In this document: positions 38,340 to 48,620 of the stretch, piece after piece
Layout of the letters: each line of letters starts with the position of its first letter
Numbering within the stretch: position 1 is the first letter of the stretch
Origin: Pseudomonadales bacterium
Lineage (GTDB): Bacteria; Patescibacteriota; Microgenomatia; UBA1400; PJMF01
Direction: 5' to 3'
Assembly (NCBI GenBank): GCA_020632265.1
Contig: JACKFW010000001.1
Span: 983,272-1,047,271 of the forward strand
Length of the DNA stretch: 64,000 nt
The notes under the pieces: model-generated
Database searches by the model: none
Told to the model about the DNA's origin: nothing
What the model saw: only the letters and a program-made list of their open reading frames with translations
Position numbers and translations under genes: made by a program

Positions 38340-40511
38340 CTAGATTAGTGTACGACCGGTCATTGATGGAGGTTTGCTGATTCCCATAATGTTTAACATT
38401 GTGGGAGCAATATCAGCCAGAATGCCCGTTGGTAGCATTTTTGCTTGATTGATGTATTGTTTGCCGATAATCATCAGGGGAACAGGGTATGAAGAATGTT
38501 CAGTATCAACTTCTCCAGTATCATTATTGATCAGTTCTTCAACATTGCCGTGATCAGCAGTGATTATCACTACTCCATCTCGTGCCAAGACTGCAGAAAC
38601 AATTTTTCCAACTACCTCATCAACTATTTCACATGCTTTAATTGCTGCGGCAAGATTTCCTGTGTGTCCTACCATGTCTCCATTACAGATATTTGAGATA
38701 ATGACGTCATACATATCTTGCTCAATTCTTTTAATCATTTCACCGGCGATTTCATAAGCACTCATTTCGGGTGCTTGGTCATATGATTTAACTCCTTTTG
38801 ACGGAATTATGACTCTATCTTCTCCTGGGTAGATTATATCTTGTTGACCATTCATGTAATAAGTAACAAAGCGTTCTTTTTCAGTTTCAGTAATTCTTAG
38901 TTGCCTTAAACCACTGTTTGCAAATACTCTGCAAAGAGGGTTTTTAATATTTTGAGGTGGAAAAGCAATGTCAGTGGGAACATTTTCCTCATATCTGGTC
39001 ATTGTTACAAAATATAGGTTATTAATTTTTACTTTTCTTTCGAAAGTTTCAATAATTTTAGTGTTTTCTTGAATGTTAGTTTTGTTGTATTTTTCTGAAT
39101 ATGGATCGAATGCTTCGTGTTTCACTCCGCTTTCAAAATCTTGCATTACAAACGCTCTGGTTAGTTCTCTTGGTCTATCAATACGATAATTAAAAAATAT
39201 TACAGCGTCGTTATCTTTGACCACTCTGTGAGAGCCATCCTGATCACAGACATTGATTGGTTCAATAAATTCATCTGTGATGCCTTTATCATATTGAGCT
39301 TTCATAGCAGAAATTGGATCAATTGTGCAAGATTCTTCTTTACCAATTGTTAAAGCGTCATATGCTTTTTCAATTCTTTCCCACCTTTTGTCTCGATCCA
39401 TGGCATAGTATCTACCCATTAAAGTTGCGATTTTTCCAATACCAAGAGATTTGCAATTATCAATAATTTGCTGAACATAATTTATTCCTGACGTTGGTGG
39501 TGAGTCTCTACCGTCTGTGAATCCATGAATTAATACATTATTAATATTTTGTTGTTTGCAGAAATTTAATAATGCATATAAGTGTTCGATATTTGAGTGA
39601 ACTCCGCCTGCACCAATTAGTCCCATTAAATGCATGGTGGAATTATTTTTTCTAACATGATCAGCTGCGTTTAGAATCGCTCGATTTTGATAGAAGGTAC
39701 CATCAGCAATCGACATATTTATTCTTGGTAGATCCTGATAAACAATATGGCCAGCGCCAATATTAATGTGGCCAGTTTCAGTATTTCCATCTTCTCCTCT
39801 TGGTAAGCCAACTGCTTCTCCGCTGGCAGTGAGTTGGGTATGAGGAAATGCAATCCAATATTTATCCATATTTGGTGTATTAGCTTGCACGATTGCATTA
39901 CCTGCATTATTTGGTCCGATTCCCCATCCATCAAGGATTAGAAGTACCATTGGCTTTGGTCCGTTATAATCAAGCTTGGGAAAAGTATCGTTAAATGGAG
40001 CTCCAGATAAGATAGGTTCAGAAGATCTACTTTTGATAATATCCTCAACGACTTGTTTATTTGAATTTGTTGGTTGCGTTTCTATTGTTGGTGATTCTGT
40101 TGCGGGTTCAGTTGGTTGCGTTTCTATTGTTGGTGATTCTGTTGCGGGTTCAGTTGGTTGCGTTTCTATTGTTGGCTGCGTTTCTATTGTTGGCGATTCT
40201 GCACTGGGTTTATGGATGCTTCCTAGGGTTGAACCGGATTCGGTTGGTGGTTCGTCAATAATTGTTGTGTCTACAAAAGGTGTTTCTTGACTTGCCACTG
40301 GGTTTTCTTGAATCGCCACTGGGATTTCTTGAGTTTCCACAGGGATGTTAGTAGTCGCCACTTGGTTTTTTGGAACGGGCTGGGTTGTTGCAGGGTTTAT
40401 AGGATTTTCAACTGATTCTGTTTCATCCAATTGAACATCGTTCTTTTTAACATTAATATTTAATTGATTTGTTAATACGCTGATTGGAACTTTGTTTTGA
40501 TTATCTGTCAT
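38340..40511 (-). CDS. gpmI: 2,3-bisphosphoglycerate-independent phosphoglycerate mutase with about 195-aa repetitive N-terminal extension
   Basis: iPGM core begins at PMVLLILDGWG; the Ser/metal-binding blocks run to the C-terminus. The N-terminal 195 aa are Pro/Thr/Glu/Gln-rich with tandem ESPTIETQPTEPAT repeats. Confidence 0.85.
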   Translation of the reverse strand: MTDNQNKVPISVLTNQLNINVKKNDVQLDETESVENPINPATTQPVPKNQVATTNIPVETQEIPVAIQENPVASQETPFVDTTIIDEPPTESGSTLGSIHKPSAESPTIETQPTIETQPTEPATESPTIETQPTEPATESPTIETQPTNSNKQVVEDIIKSRSSEPILSGAPFNDTFPKLDYNGPKPMVLLILDGWGIGPNNAGNAIVQANTPNMDKYWIAFPHTQLTASGEAVGLPRGEDGNTETGHINIGAGHIVYQDLPRINMSIADGTFYQNRAILNAADHVRKNNSTMHLMGLIGAGGVHSNIEHLYALLNFCKQQNINNVLIHGFTDGRDSPPTSGINYVQQIIDNCKSLGIGKIATLMGRYYAMDRDKRWERIEKAYDALTIGKEESCTIDPISAMKAQYDKGITDEFIEPINVCDQDGSHRVVKDNDAVIFFNYRIDRPRELTRAFVMQDFESGVKHEAFDPYSEKYNKTNIQENTKIIETFERKVKINNLYFVTMTRYEENVPTDIAFPPQNIKNPLCRVFANSGLRQLRITETEKERFVTYYMNGQQDIIYPGEDRVIIPSKGVKSYDQAPEMSAYEIAGEMIKRIEQDMYDVIISNICNGDMVGHTGNLAAAIKACEIVDEVVGKIVSAVLARDGVVIITADHGNVEELINNDTGEVDTEHSSYPVPLMIIGKQYINQAKMLPTGILADIAPTMLNIMGISKPPSMTGRTLI
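40060..40225 (-). repeat. In-frame tandem DNA repeats (about 42-bp unit) encoding ESPTIETQPTEPAT repeats of the gpmI N-terminus
   Basis: Repeated gttggttgcgtttctattgttggtgattctgttgcgggttca units are visible on the plus strand. Confidence 0.7.
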
Positions 40512-40566
40512 GAGAGAAAATATTGTTAAATATTTTGTATAGCCAAAAAGCTATATTTAACTTAAA

Positions 40567-41862
40567 CTACATTTTTTCAGGATTGGTGTTAATACTCTTT
40601 TCATTATTACTTTGATTTATTTCGAATTCTATTTGTGATAAACGATTATATTTAGCTACTCTCTCACCCCGATTTGGTGGACCAAATTTAGTATAATCTG
40701 CTCCGATGCCTACTGCAAAGTCAGCAATGAAATCATCATTTGTTTCACCGCTGCGATGAGACATAATTACTTGCCATTTGGCTTCTTTTGCCATTTTTAT
40801 TACTTCAATTGTTTCACTAATTGTTCCAGTTTGATTTGGTTTTATCAAAACAGTGTTGCAGGTTTTTTCTGTAATTGCTTTTTGAGTTTTAGCTTTATTT
40901 GTAGCCAAAAAACTATCTCCAATGATTTTAGTTGTTTCTCCTAATTCAGCAGTTAATTTTGCCCATGAAGCCAGATCATCCTCTTGGAAAGGATCCTCAA
41001 TACAAAAAACATGATAGAGGCTTCGGATTTTTTTGTAAAATTCTAATAATTCTTCACTAGTATATGGTTGAGATTTATCTTTAAGAACATACTTTCCATT
41101 TTCAAATAATTGTTCAGCAGCGACATCAATGCCGAAAAACAAATCTTGTGCAAATGTGTAAGGACTAGTTTTAATTGTCTCGATTAAAATTTCAAAAACA
41201 TCTGAATTGCTGTAAAGATTTGGGGTAAATCCTCCCACAATGCCAGTCGAGTGAGTTGCGCCTTTAAGGATCAGAATTTCTTCAACTTTTTGAAACAGTG
41301 TAACTGCCATATCCATTGATTTACTATAATTTATATGGCTAGCTGGGATTATTTGGAATTCTTGAATATCTAGGTTATCTGCTCCATGCACGCCACCGTT
41401 AATCATGGTGTAGATACAGCTAGGAATATTTAGTTGTTGAATTAATTGATATTTCTGTTCAATATAATAATAAAGCGGCACATTTATGCTGATAGCTCCT
41501 GCTTTCATTACGGCTTGAGAAGCAGCTAGAATTGCATTTGATCCAAGTTTTGATTTATCTTCGGTTCCATCTAGATCTACGAGAAGTTGATCAAGCTCTG
41601 TTTGGTTGGTTGGATCCTTGCCAATGAGATTTTTTGAAATAACTGTATTGATATTATTGGCGGCATTTAATACTCCTTTTCCCAACATTCTTTCCATGTC
41701 GCCATCTCTAAGTTCTTTGGCTTCATATTTACCTACGGAAGTACCAGTGGGTACACTTGTCGCAACAACTGCTCCTGTATCAAGCCATAATGCACATTCT
41801 AAAGTTGGTATTCCTCTGGAGTCAAGAATTTCTCTTGCGTATATTCCATCAATTTTTGCCAT
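40567..41862 (-). CDS. eno: Enolase
   Basis: MAKIDGIYAREILDSRGIPT N-terminus and enolase signature blocks. Start set at MAKID (41862); the track ORF extends to 41877. Confidence 0.92.
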   Translation of the reverse strand: MAKIDGIYAREILDSRGIPTLECALWLDTGAVVATSVPTGTSVGKYEAKELRDGDMERMLGKGVLNAANNINTVISKNLIGKDPTNQTELDQLLVDLDGTEDKSKLGSNAILAASQAVMKAGAISINVPLYYYIEQKYQLIQQLNIPSCIYTMINGGVHGADNLDIQEFQIIPASHINYSKSMDMAVTLFQKVEEILILKGATHSTGIVGGFTPNLYSNSDVFEILIETIKTSPYTFAQDLFFGIDVAAEQLFENGKYVLKDKSQPYTSEELLEFYKKIRSLYHVFCIEDPFQEDDLASWAKLTAELGETTKIIGDSFLATNKAKTQKAITEKTCNTVLIKPNQTGTISETIEVIKMAKEAKWQVIMSHRSGETNDDFIADFAVGIGADYTKFGPPNRGERVAKYNRLSQIEFEINQSNNEKSINTNPEKM

Positions 41863-42061
41863 ATTATCTAAAAGCACAATGTAATTTATTCATCAAAAAA
41901 CTTACTATGCCTATGTATTAATAATACACTTTTTTGTAGTTTCTGTAAGCTTTGGATTAGGAATTATGATCCAAAAATTACTAATAATTAATTTAGATAT
42001 CTATCTTTATGATATATCATTTTTATTTTTTTTTGAAAGGGTTAGTGTACAATAAATATAT

Positions 42062-42340
42062 ATGCAAAGAGGTGTTATCCGACTTAGTAATCAAGAATTA
42101 ATAATTCTTTCAAATTTTTTGATTTCTAAAGATTGTCAAGAGGAAAACCTGCTTTTTAAACTTAAACCTGTGGAAAATTTAATTGATCAAACGCAAGAAT
42201 TAGATGTCTTAATTAGTGAAAATGAAGCGGAAATTGTTCTTGATTGTATGCCTATTCCTAGTAAACAAGATGATCCTAATTTGATCAGTGCAAGAACAAA
42301 ACTTCAGCAGTTTATTGCCAAATTAAGATTTGATGAATAG
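42062..42340 (+). CDS. Hypothetical small protein (92 aa)
   Basis: ORF only; no recognisable motif. Confidence 0.3.
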   Translation: MQRGVIRLSNQELIILSNFLISKDCQEENLLFKLKPVENLIDQTQELDVLISENEAEIVLDCMPIPSKQDDPNLISARTKLQQFIAKLRFDE

Positions 42341-42361
42341 CATTATCGCTTCTATTTAAAA

Positions 42362-43453
42362 CTAGATGCCTTGAGTCATTTTTTTAAGTTCATTTTTGAA
42401 GTCATCAACAAATGGAATTGGACTTGGATTGATTCCTTCCAACATGGCCAAATAAAATCCCGCAAATGAAAATGTAGTTAACATTTCGAATACCTGTTCA
42501 ATTTTAGTTTTTGCTTGAAGAGGTATTGTCAAAGTGTCAATTTCATTAACGTCAACAATTTTTTGAGTTAATTGCATTCTAATAATATTTTTTGGATGAT
42601 AAAGCATTGATTGGACGAAGATAAAGATATGATTAACAACATTACTTTTCGGATATTTTAAACCTTCCAAAAGATGGTGATCAATTTCAGGAACAACTTT
42701 ATAATCAATAAAAGCTTTAGCATTTTCGTTATGCTGATTAGCACTGACGTGTCCAGCACCTTCTAAAAAATCTGAAACTACAAATACTGGTCTGCGATCT
42801 ATCATCATGAAAGCAAGGGCTTTTGCTGGATTTTCTTCGACCAATACTTCTATTTTACAATCATCAACTTTTCTATTGATTGTATCTACAACTGCTTTTA
42901 TTTGTTCATCTTTGAGTGAAATTATTCCTGCCTTAGCGAGTAATCCGATGGTTCCAAAAACTGTATAACCAATGGCCATTCTTGGTTGTTGCGAAGGATT
43001 GTATGTTGGGTTGATTTTGTAAAACGTATATTTATTCTTTATAGCAATTTCTTCTAGCTTTCCTCCGGAAGCGATGACCATAATTTGGGCATTTGCACTT
43101 TGAGCTAATTGAGCACAAGAAATTATTTCTTCTGTATTTCCAGAATAACTTGCTAGAATAACAAGTGTGTGTTGATTAACAAATCCGGGAAGTGTGTAAT
43201 CATGCACATAATCAAAGGGTACTTTTAGTTCTTGTTTGAAAAGATTTTTAATTACGTCTGCTCCCAAACCAGAACCCCCCATCCCAGCAACTATGACATT
43301 ATGAATCTCAGTTGTTTTTTCGAATTCAATATTTTTTATTTCATTCCAAGAATGTTCAATTTGATTACCCAATTTTTCGATAGAGCCCATCATATTTTCT
43401 AAATCGAGTTTTGAGATTTCGTCACGAGAATCTAAAATTGAGGTTTTTGTCAT
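42362..43453 (-). CDS. Bifunctional phosphoglucose/phosphomannose isomerase (archaeal-type SIS-domain PGI/PMI)
   Basis: Two SIS domains; VIVAGMGGSGLGADV and VILASYSGNTEE blocks. Confidence 0.65.
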   Translation of the reverse strand: MTKTSILDSRDEISKLDLENMMGSIEKLGNQIEHSWNEIKNIEFEKTTEIHNVIVAGMGGSGLGADVIKNLFKQELKVPFDYVHDYTLPGFVNQHTLVILASYSGNTEEIISCAQLAQSANAQIMVIASGGKLEEIAIKNKYTFYKINPTYNPSQQPRMAIGYTVFGTIGLLAKAGIISLKDEQIKAVVDTINRKVDDCKIEVLVEENPAKALAFMMIDRRPVFVVSDFLEGAGHVSANQHNENAKAFIDYKVVPEIDHHLLEGLKYPKSNVVNHIFIFVQSMLYHPKNIIRMQLTQKIVDVNEIDTLTIPLQAKTKIEQVFEMLTTFSFAGFYLAMLEGINPSPIPFVDDFKNELKKMTQGI

Positions 43454-44262
43454 AAATCTTTTCCTTGGATAATTTTTAATAAATATTCAGCAATACCGTT
43501 CTCGTTGACATTTCCAATTACTTTGTCAGTAATTTGTTTTAGGGTTTCTATTGCATTTTCCATAGAAACACTAAAGCCACATGATTGCAAAAACTCTAGA
43601 TCATTGAGACTGTCCCCAAATCCAATTACTTTTTCCATAGGGATTTGAGTTTTTTCCGACCATTTGTGGAGTAAAGTTGATTTGTTTACTCCTTTTGCCG
43701 TGACATCAATATAAGGTTTTCCAGAATTGTTTCCCACCATTTCTTTATAGGAAAGATTTGGATTGTTTTCAATATAATTTACAATTTCATTATTTAACTT
43801 AGTGATAAAAACTGCCCCTACTCTCTCATTACTCATTTGATCTAATTTTTTTACAACATAATTCCAAGGGTGATTTTTCATTTTAGAATACAATGGTTCA
43901 TCAGCATATTGAGCGTCAGCTTTCATAAATACTGCCAAAGCATTTGATTCGCTTAGGTAATTTTTAATAATTTCGACAGTTAATGGATTGATAGGATGAT
44001 CATAAATAATTTCTCCTTTTGAGTTTACTAATTGAGAGCCTCCGGTAGTAATATGAAATGATTTTTTTGGAAATATAGGCAAAATTTTGTTTTTGATAGC
44101 CGCTGTTCCTCTGCCAGTGCAAATTCCAATTTGATAGCCTAATTTGTCTAATTGATTCAAACAATTAATGGTTTCAGTTGGAATACCATTTCTATCGTTT
44201 GTTAAAGTTCCGTCAAGATCAAAAAGCAAAGCACTAAAATCTGATAATTTTTTATTTTTCAT
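43450..44262 (-). CDS. Cof-type HAD-IIB phosphatase
   Basis: FDLDGTL motif I, ICTGR motif II, GDSLNDLEFL motif IV. Confidence 0.75.
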   Translation of the reverse strand: MKNKKLSDFSALLFDLDGTLTNDRNGIPTETINCLNQLDKLGYQIGICTGRGTAAIKNKILPIFPKKSFHITTGGSQLVNSKGEIIYDHPINPLTVEIIKNYLSESNALAVFMKADAQYADEPLYSKMKNHPWNYVVKKLDQMSNERVGAVFITKLNNEIVNYIENNPNLSYKEMVGNNSGKPYIDVTAKGVNKSTLLHKWSEKTQIPMEKVIGFGDSLNDLEFLQSCGFSVSMENAIETLKQITDKVIGNVNENGIAEYLLKIIQGKDL

Positions 44263-44280
44263 ATACGATAATTTTTTTAA

Positions 44281-45543
44281 TTATTCTTTGATTATTTCAT
44301 TATCATCAATATTATTGATAATGGTTAATCCAGGATAAATTATTGTATTTTCACCAATTAATATTCCAGGCATAGTCTTTACTCCAATGCCTATTTTGAC
44401 GTAATTGCCCGTAATTATTCCCAAATTGTTAATTCCTGTTTCCATAAATTTATTTTTCACCAAAACTTTGATGTTTTTTCTATCTAATCTTTTGTTGGCT
44501 GTAATTAATCCAGCTCCAATTTTGGTTTGAAATCCAATAATGGAATCAGCAATATAGCCATAATGTATCGAAGAATTTTCAAAAAATATGCATCTAACTA
44601 CCTCTGATTTTGCGCCAATTATCACATTCTTTTCAATAGAGCTTCCACGAACAAAAGAATAGTCTCCTACTAGGCAATTTTTGCCTATATAGCAAGGACC
44701 AGAAATTTTACTAAAATCCCCAACTTTTGCACCTGAAGCAATGATTACGGGTCCTCTGGAGTCATCAATGATGGTGGTTTTTGAAATTGTGGCATCATTA
44801 GATATATTAGTTTTTTCATTTGTAATGATTTGGTTGAATGAATTGAATAAATGCCAAGGAAATTTAATACTTTTTATTTGTTCGTTACTTTTTATCCATG
44901 TAATATTGTTGTTTTTTGAGTATGATGTGATTGCGTTTTCTAGCGAATATTCATCGTCGGGAGTGTTGTTTAATTCTTGGATAAATTTTTTATCAAATAA
45001 GTAAACACTGTCGATTTTATATTTTGAAGGTTCTGTCCCTTTTTGAGGTTTTTCAATAATGCCTAAAACCTTAGCTGGGTTAGTTGGATCAAGATTTAAG
45101 ATTCCATATAATTCTGTATTTTCAGTTTGAGTTCCAGAAAAAACACAATTTGCTCCAGACTGATTTTTTTTATTCCAAAGAATTTCGGCTCTATCTCCTA
45201 AATTGAAGTAATATGGTGAAGATACTATGAAAAATTCATCTAAAAAGTCTTTTGCAACCAGTATCGCATCTCCCATTCCTTTGGGTTCATTTTGAAGCAC
45301 AACTTTAATATCTAATCCAAAGTCATTTTCTTTTAAATATTTACTGAAGCCTTGATCTCCATAATCTTTTTGTGAAACTACAATCACGACCTTTTGGTAA
45401 TTATTTTTTTTTAGATTTTCAAGAGCATGTGCGACAATTGGTTTTCCAACTAAGGTTGAAAATCCTTTGTGAGTTTGAGTATTGAGGGGATAAAATCTTG
45501 AGTTTTCTCCTCCGGCAATAATTAGAATTGTAGGTTTTTGCAT
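44281..45543 (-). CDS. Sugar-1-phosphate nucleotidyltransferase fused to a left-handed beta-helix domain (GlmU-like)
   Basis: N-terminal ILIIAGGENSRFYPL...GMGDAIL NTP-transferase motifs; C-terminal hexapeptide-repeat region. Confidence 0.7.
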   Translation of the reverse strand: MQKPTILIIAGGENSRFYPLNTQTHKGFSTLVGKPIVAHALENLKKNNYQKVVIVVSQKDYGDQGFSKYLKENDFGLDIKVVLQNEPKGMGDAILVAKDFLDEFFIVSSPYYFNLGDRAEILWNKKNQSGANCVFSGTQTENTELYGILNLDPTNPAKVLGIIEKPQKGTEPSKYKIDSVYLFDKKFIQELNNTPDDEYSLENAITSYSKNNNITWIKSNEQIKSIKFPWHLFNSFNQIITNEKTNISNDATISKTTIIDDSRGPVIIASGAKVGDFSKISGPCYIGKNCLVGDYSFVRGSSIEKNVIIGAKSEVVRCIFFENSSIHYGYIADSIIGFQTKIGAGLITANKRLDRKNIKVLVKNKFMETGINNLGIITGNYVKIGIGVKTMPGILIGENTIIYPGLTIINNIDDNEIIKE

Positions 45544-45593
45544 AATTCTATTCTACCTCACAGTTATCTGGAATCTAGCTCAAAAAGTATTTT

Positions 45594-46361
45594 TTATGCT
45601 AAATAATCAAGTAAGAGTTTGTGTAATATTCCGTTTGAAGCGAGTGCCGATGTTGATTTAGTTGTTATCTTGTTGCCATCAATGTCAGTTACTTTTCCTC
45701 CGGCTTCTTGAATAATCACTAAAACAGCTGCAATATCCCAAATTTTTAGTTTTGCTTCAATAATTGCATCAAGTTTTCCTTCAGCGACAAATTGGTAACT
45801 CCAGGTATCTCCAAATCCTTTCATTCCAGCACAATCTTCGTTAATTTTTACTAATTTATTAAGTATTTCTAGTTTTTTGAAATACTTTAAACTTCCAATA
45901 CTAATATATGCATTTTTAATTTTATCGACTTTACTTACTTGAATTTTTTGAGTTTCATTCAGATAAGCTCCCTGACCTTTTTGGGCATAAACAAATTTTT
46001 TGAGCAATGGAGCATTAGAAATTCCCAAAATCAACTCTTCATCTTCGAATAGAGCTAGTTCTGTAGCAAACAAAGGAATATTTCTCGAGTAGTTTTTTGT
46101 TCCATCAATTGGATCAATCACCCAGGTATACTTTGATTTTTTTTGTGAGTCACCATACTCTTCACCAATGAAGCCATGATCTGGAAAGGCTGACGTGATA
46201 ATTTTTCTAATAATCTGTTCTGACTCTCTGTCTGCAATTGTGACAGGAGAACCATCTTTTTTTGTATCTATATTCAAATTAGTGTCAAAGTATTTCAATA
46301 CGATTTTTTGAGCTTCCTTGACTGCTTCTATTCCTGTTAATAAAAATTTACTCTTATCCAT
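45594..46361 (-). CDS. Inositol-monophosphatase family protein (IMPase/FBPase-type)
   Basis: WVIDPIDGTKNY and WDIAA...EAGG motifs. Confidence 0.8.
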   Translation of the reverse strand: MDKSKFLLTGIEAVKEAQKIVLKYFDTNLNIDTKKDGSPVTIADRESEQIIRKIITSAFPDHGFIGEEYGDSQKKSKYTWVIDPIDGTKNYSRNIPLFATELALFEDEELILGISNAPLLKKFVYAQKGQGAYLNETQKIQVSKVDKIKNAYISIGSLKYFKKLEILNKLVKINEDCAGMKGFGDTWSYQFVAEGKLDAIIEAKLKIWDIAAVLVIIQEAGGKVTDIDGNKITTKSTSALASNGILHKLLLDYLA

Positions 46362-46409
46362 TTTTGAGTAGCTTTCGTATTGCTTTTTCTAATTGTACGT
46401 ATGCCTACA

Positions 46410-47831
46410 CTAATCAAGTGCGTGAGTATTCACTCCCTGGCTCCAATCAATTTCTGGATATTTTTTGAGTATTCTATGTAAAATCTTTTTAACATCATCA
46501 TATTGCTCTCGAGTTTTACCTTCAAATTTTACTGTGATGTATGGACCATTTTGTGATGCTCTCACAATTGCCATTTCATTATTAGTGTCCATTCGAATGC
46601 CATCAATGTCAATATATTTTGCATTTGGCCACTGCGCTTCAAATTCAGACTTAATTTTTGTCTGAACAAATTCAAATTTTATATCATCGGCGAGTCCAAA
46701 CTTAATTTCTGGACTGCTAATATATTTTGATAATTTTGAGGCCGCTTGCGAAAGTGACTGATTTCTTCTTTCAAGATACGCCAAAAGTCTTAAGCTTGCA
46801 TAGGCGCCATCATCGTGTCCATAAAAATTATCCATGAAAAATATGTGTCCAGACAATTCGCCTCCAAAAGGCGCTCTTACTTCTTTTAGTTTGGCTTTAA
46901 TAAAGGAGTGTCCTGTCAGCCACATTACTGGTTCGCCTCCAGCTTTTTCGATTGTTTCTGTAACTTGGCGAGAACAAAGAGTATTGTAAACGATTTTCGA
47001 CCCCGGCATGAAGTCTAAGACATCTTTTGCAAAAAGTGCGACGATTGAGTCCATCCACAATACTTGACCTTGATCATCAACAACTGCCATTCTATCTCCG
47101 TCAGTATCGTAAGCAAAACCAATGTCAGCTTTGGCTTTTTTAACACCTTTGGCTAGTCGATCAAGGACTTCAATTTCAGTTGGATCTGGAACTCCTAAGG
47201 GAAAACTTCCATTTAGCTCAGTATTTTGTTCAATTACATCACAGCCCGCACTTCTCAAAACTTCTGGATAAAATTTTCCCGAAGTAGTGTTGCAAGCATC
47301 AACAACAATTCTCCATTTTTTATTTAAATTAAAGTGTTTTAAAATATCAGTTTTATATGCTGGGAAAATATCCTTTTCTCTATTCGTTCCTGTTCCTGTT
47401 GAGAATTCTCCTTTTTCGCAAAGTATTCTAAGATCTTGAATTTCTTCAGTGATCATGGTCTCAGAATAACCGATTGCCAATTTTAGACCATTATATTCTT
47501 TTGGATTATGAGATGCGGTGATCATTGCACCACCTTTGGTTTTGAATTCGTAAGAGGAAAAATACACAATTTGGCTTAATGAAAGACCTATATCGATTGT
47601 GTTGATTCCCCCATCATTGAGTCCTTTTATAAATGCTTTTGAATAAATTTCTCCAGTCAAGCGATTATCTCTTCCTACTGTTGCTTCTTTAATACGTCGT
47701 TGACTTAGAAACGTGGCATAAGCTCTAGCAAGGGTGTAATAAACATCTTCATTTAGGTCTACATCGGCAACACCTCTGATGTCGTAACCTCTAAAAATTG
47801 ATGAGTTGATATTTTTAACTAATTTGTACAT
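46410..47831 (-). CDS. Phosphoglucomutase/phosphomannomutase (alpha-D-phosphohexomutase)
   Basis: Active-site TASHNPKEYNG; metal-binding DTDGDR; sugar-binding GELSGH. Confidence 0.85.
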   Translation of the reverse strand: MYKLVKNINSSIFRGYDIRGVADVDLNEDVYYTLARAYATFLSQRRIKEATVGRDNRLTGEIYSKAFIKGLNDGGINTIDIGLSLSQIVYFSSYEFKTKGGAMITASHNPKEYNGLKLAIGYSETMITEEIQDLRILCEKGEFSTGTGTNREKDIFPAYKTDILKHFNLNKKWRIVVDACNTTSGKFYPEVLRSAGCDVIEQNTELNGSFPLGVPDPTEIEVLDRLAKGVKKAKADIGFAYDTDGDRMAVVDDQGQVLWMDSIVALFAKDVLDFMPGSKIVYNTLCSRQVTETIEKAGGEPVMWLTGHSFIKAKLKEVRAPFGGELSGHIFFMDNFYGHDDGAYASLRLLAYLERRNQSLSQAASKLSKYISSPEIKFGLADDIKFEFVQTKIKSEFEAQWPNAKYIDIDGIRMDTNNEMAIVRASQNGPYITVKFEGKTREQYDDVKKILHRILKKYPEIDWSQGVNTHALD

Positions 47832-47889
47832 TATTTCCTTTTGATATTTTTAATTTATTTATTTTGATTTTACTTTGTATAGTTCAAAA

Positions 47890-47905
47890 GTATGAAAAAG
47901 TATGA
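47890..47905. promoter_or_regulatory. 16-mer GTATGAAAAAGTATGA upstream of the pgm-led operon, identical to the motif at 56753-56768
   Basis: Exact 16-nt identity between the two sites, seen directly. Confidence 0.4.
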
Positions 47906-47916
47906 ACTATGTTAAT

Positions 47917-48597
47917 TTACATTTTTAAAGTTAAAAGGTCAAGAGTTTGAAGCAAATTTAAGTTTGACTTTGAGGTTTTTTGTGATTGATCAATTTTAAG
48001 TAAATATTCGTATAAATCAAGTAATTTTTCAAGAGAAAATTTTGATGCTTGAGCCTTAATTTTTGAGATCATGAACGGTGCGCCTTTTGGTAGGCCACCC
48101 GATTTTATTTCAACTAAACTGCGAATTTGTCTAATAAGCATCAAAAAACAAAAAAAATCTCCGTCTGTTTCAATTGCTGAATGAAGCAAGTTTAATTTTT
48201 TGTTATCAGAATCTTTAGATCCAAGTAAATCTAGCCAAGCAAATAATGTCTTGCTAATTTTATATTCATAAATTTGGGCATTTGGAAACTTATTGAGCAT
48301 GGTTTTTGTAAGTAGTCTTTTTTCCCATAAAATTATGTCATGAGTTTGAGGTTTTGATAAAAGCTCAATAAAGTTTTTCTTTTTGTTTGAAGTTGGCAAT
48401 GAGTGAAGTTCTTCAATGATGATAGTTTTGGATGTTCCAAAAAGATCGGTAGCTCCCAATATTTCTTCTAAATTTGCTTCTGAAAGTTTTTTAGCTTCTA
48501 ATCTGAAGATTTCTTGATCTTTAGCTTTTTTATCCGTAATAATTTCAACTAACTTTTGTCGAGAATTTACAGTGTTTTCTCCGTGGATAATGATCAT
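47917..48597 (-). CDS. DNA polymerase III delta subunit-like (HolA-like) protein
   Basis: Weak resemblance to the delta N-terminal domain (IIIHGENTV... LFGTSKTIIIEEL); 226 aa. Confidence 0.35.
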   Translation of the reverse strand: MIIIHGENTVNSRQKLVEIITDKKAKDQEIFRLEAKKLSEANLEEILGATDLFGTSKTIIIEELHSLPTSNKKKNFIELLSKPQTHDIILWEKRLLTKTMLNKFPNAQIYEYKISKTLFAWLDLLGSKDSDNKKLNLLHSAIETDGDFFCFLMLIRQIRSLVEIKSGGLPKGAPFMISKIKAQASKFSLEKLLDLYEYLLKIDQSQKTSKSNLNLLQTLDLLTLKM

Positions 48598-48620
48598 AAT
48601 TTTTTCTATTTTTTTTCTAT

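Noticed and set aside
39976-40290. Plus-strand ORFs 39976..40290 and 40061..40261 with repetitive VGCVSIVGDSVAGS-like sequence
   Set aside because: Antisense image of the tandem DNA repeats encoding the gpmI N-terminal extension.
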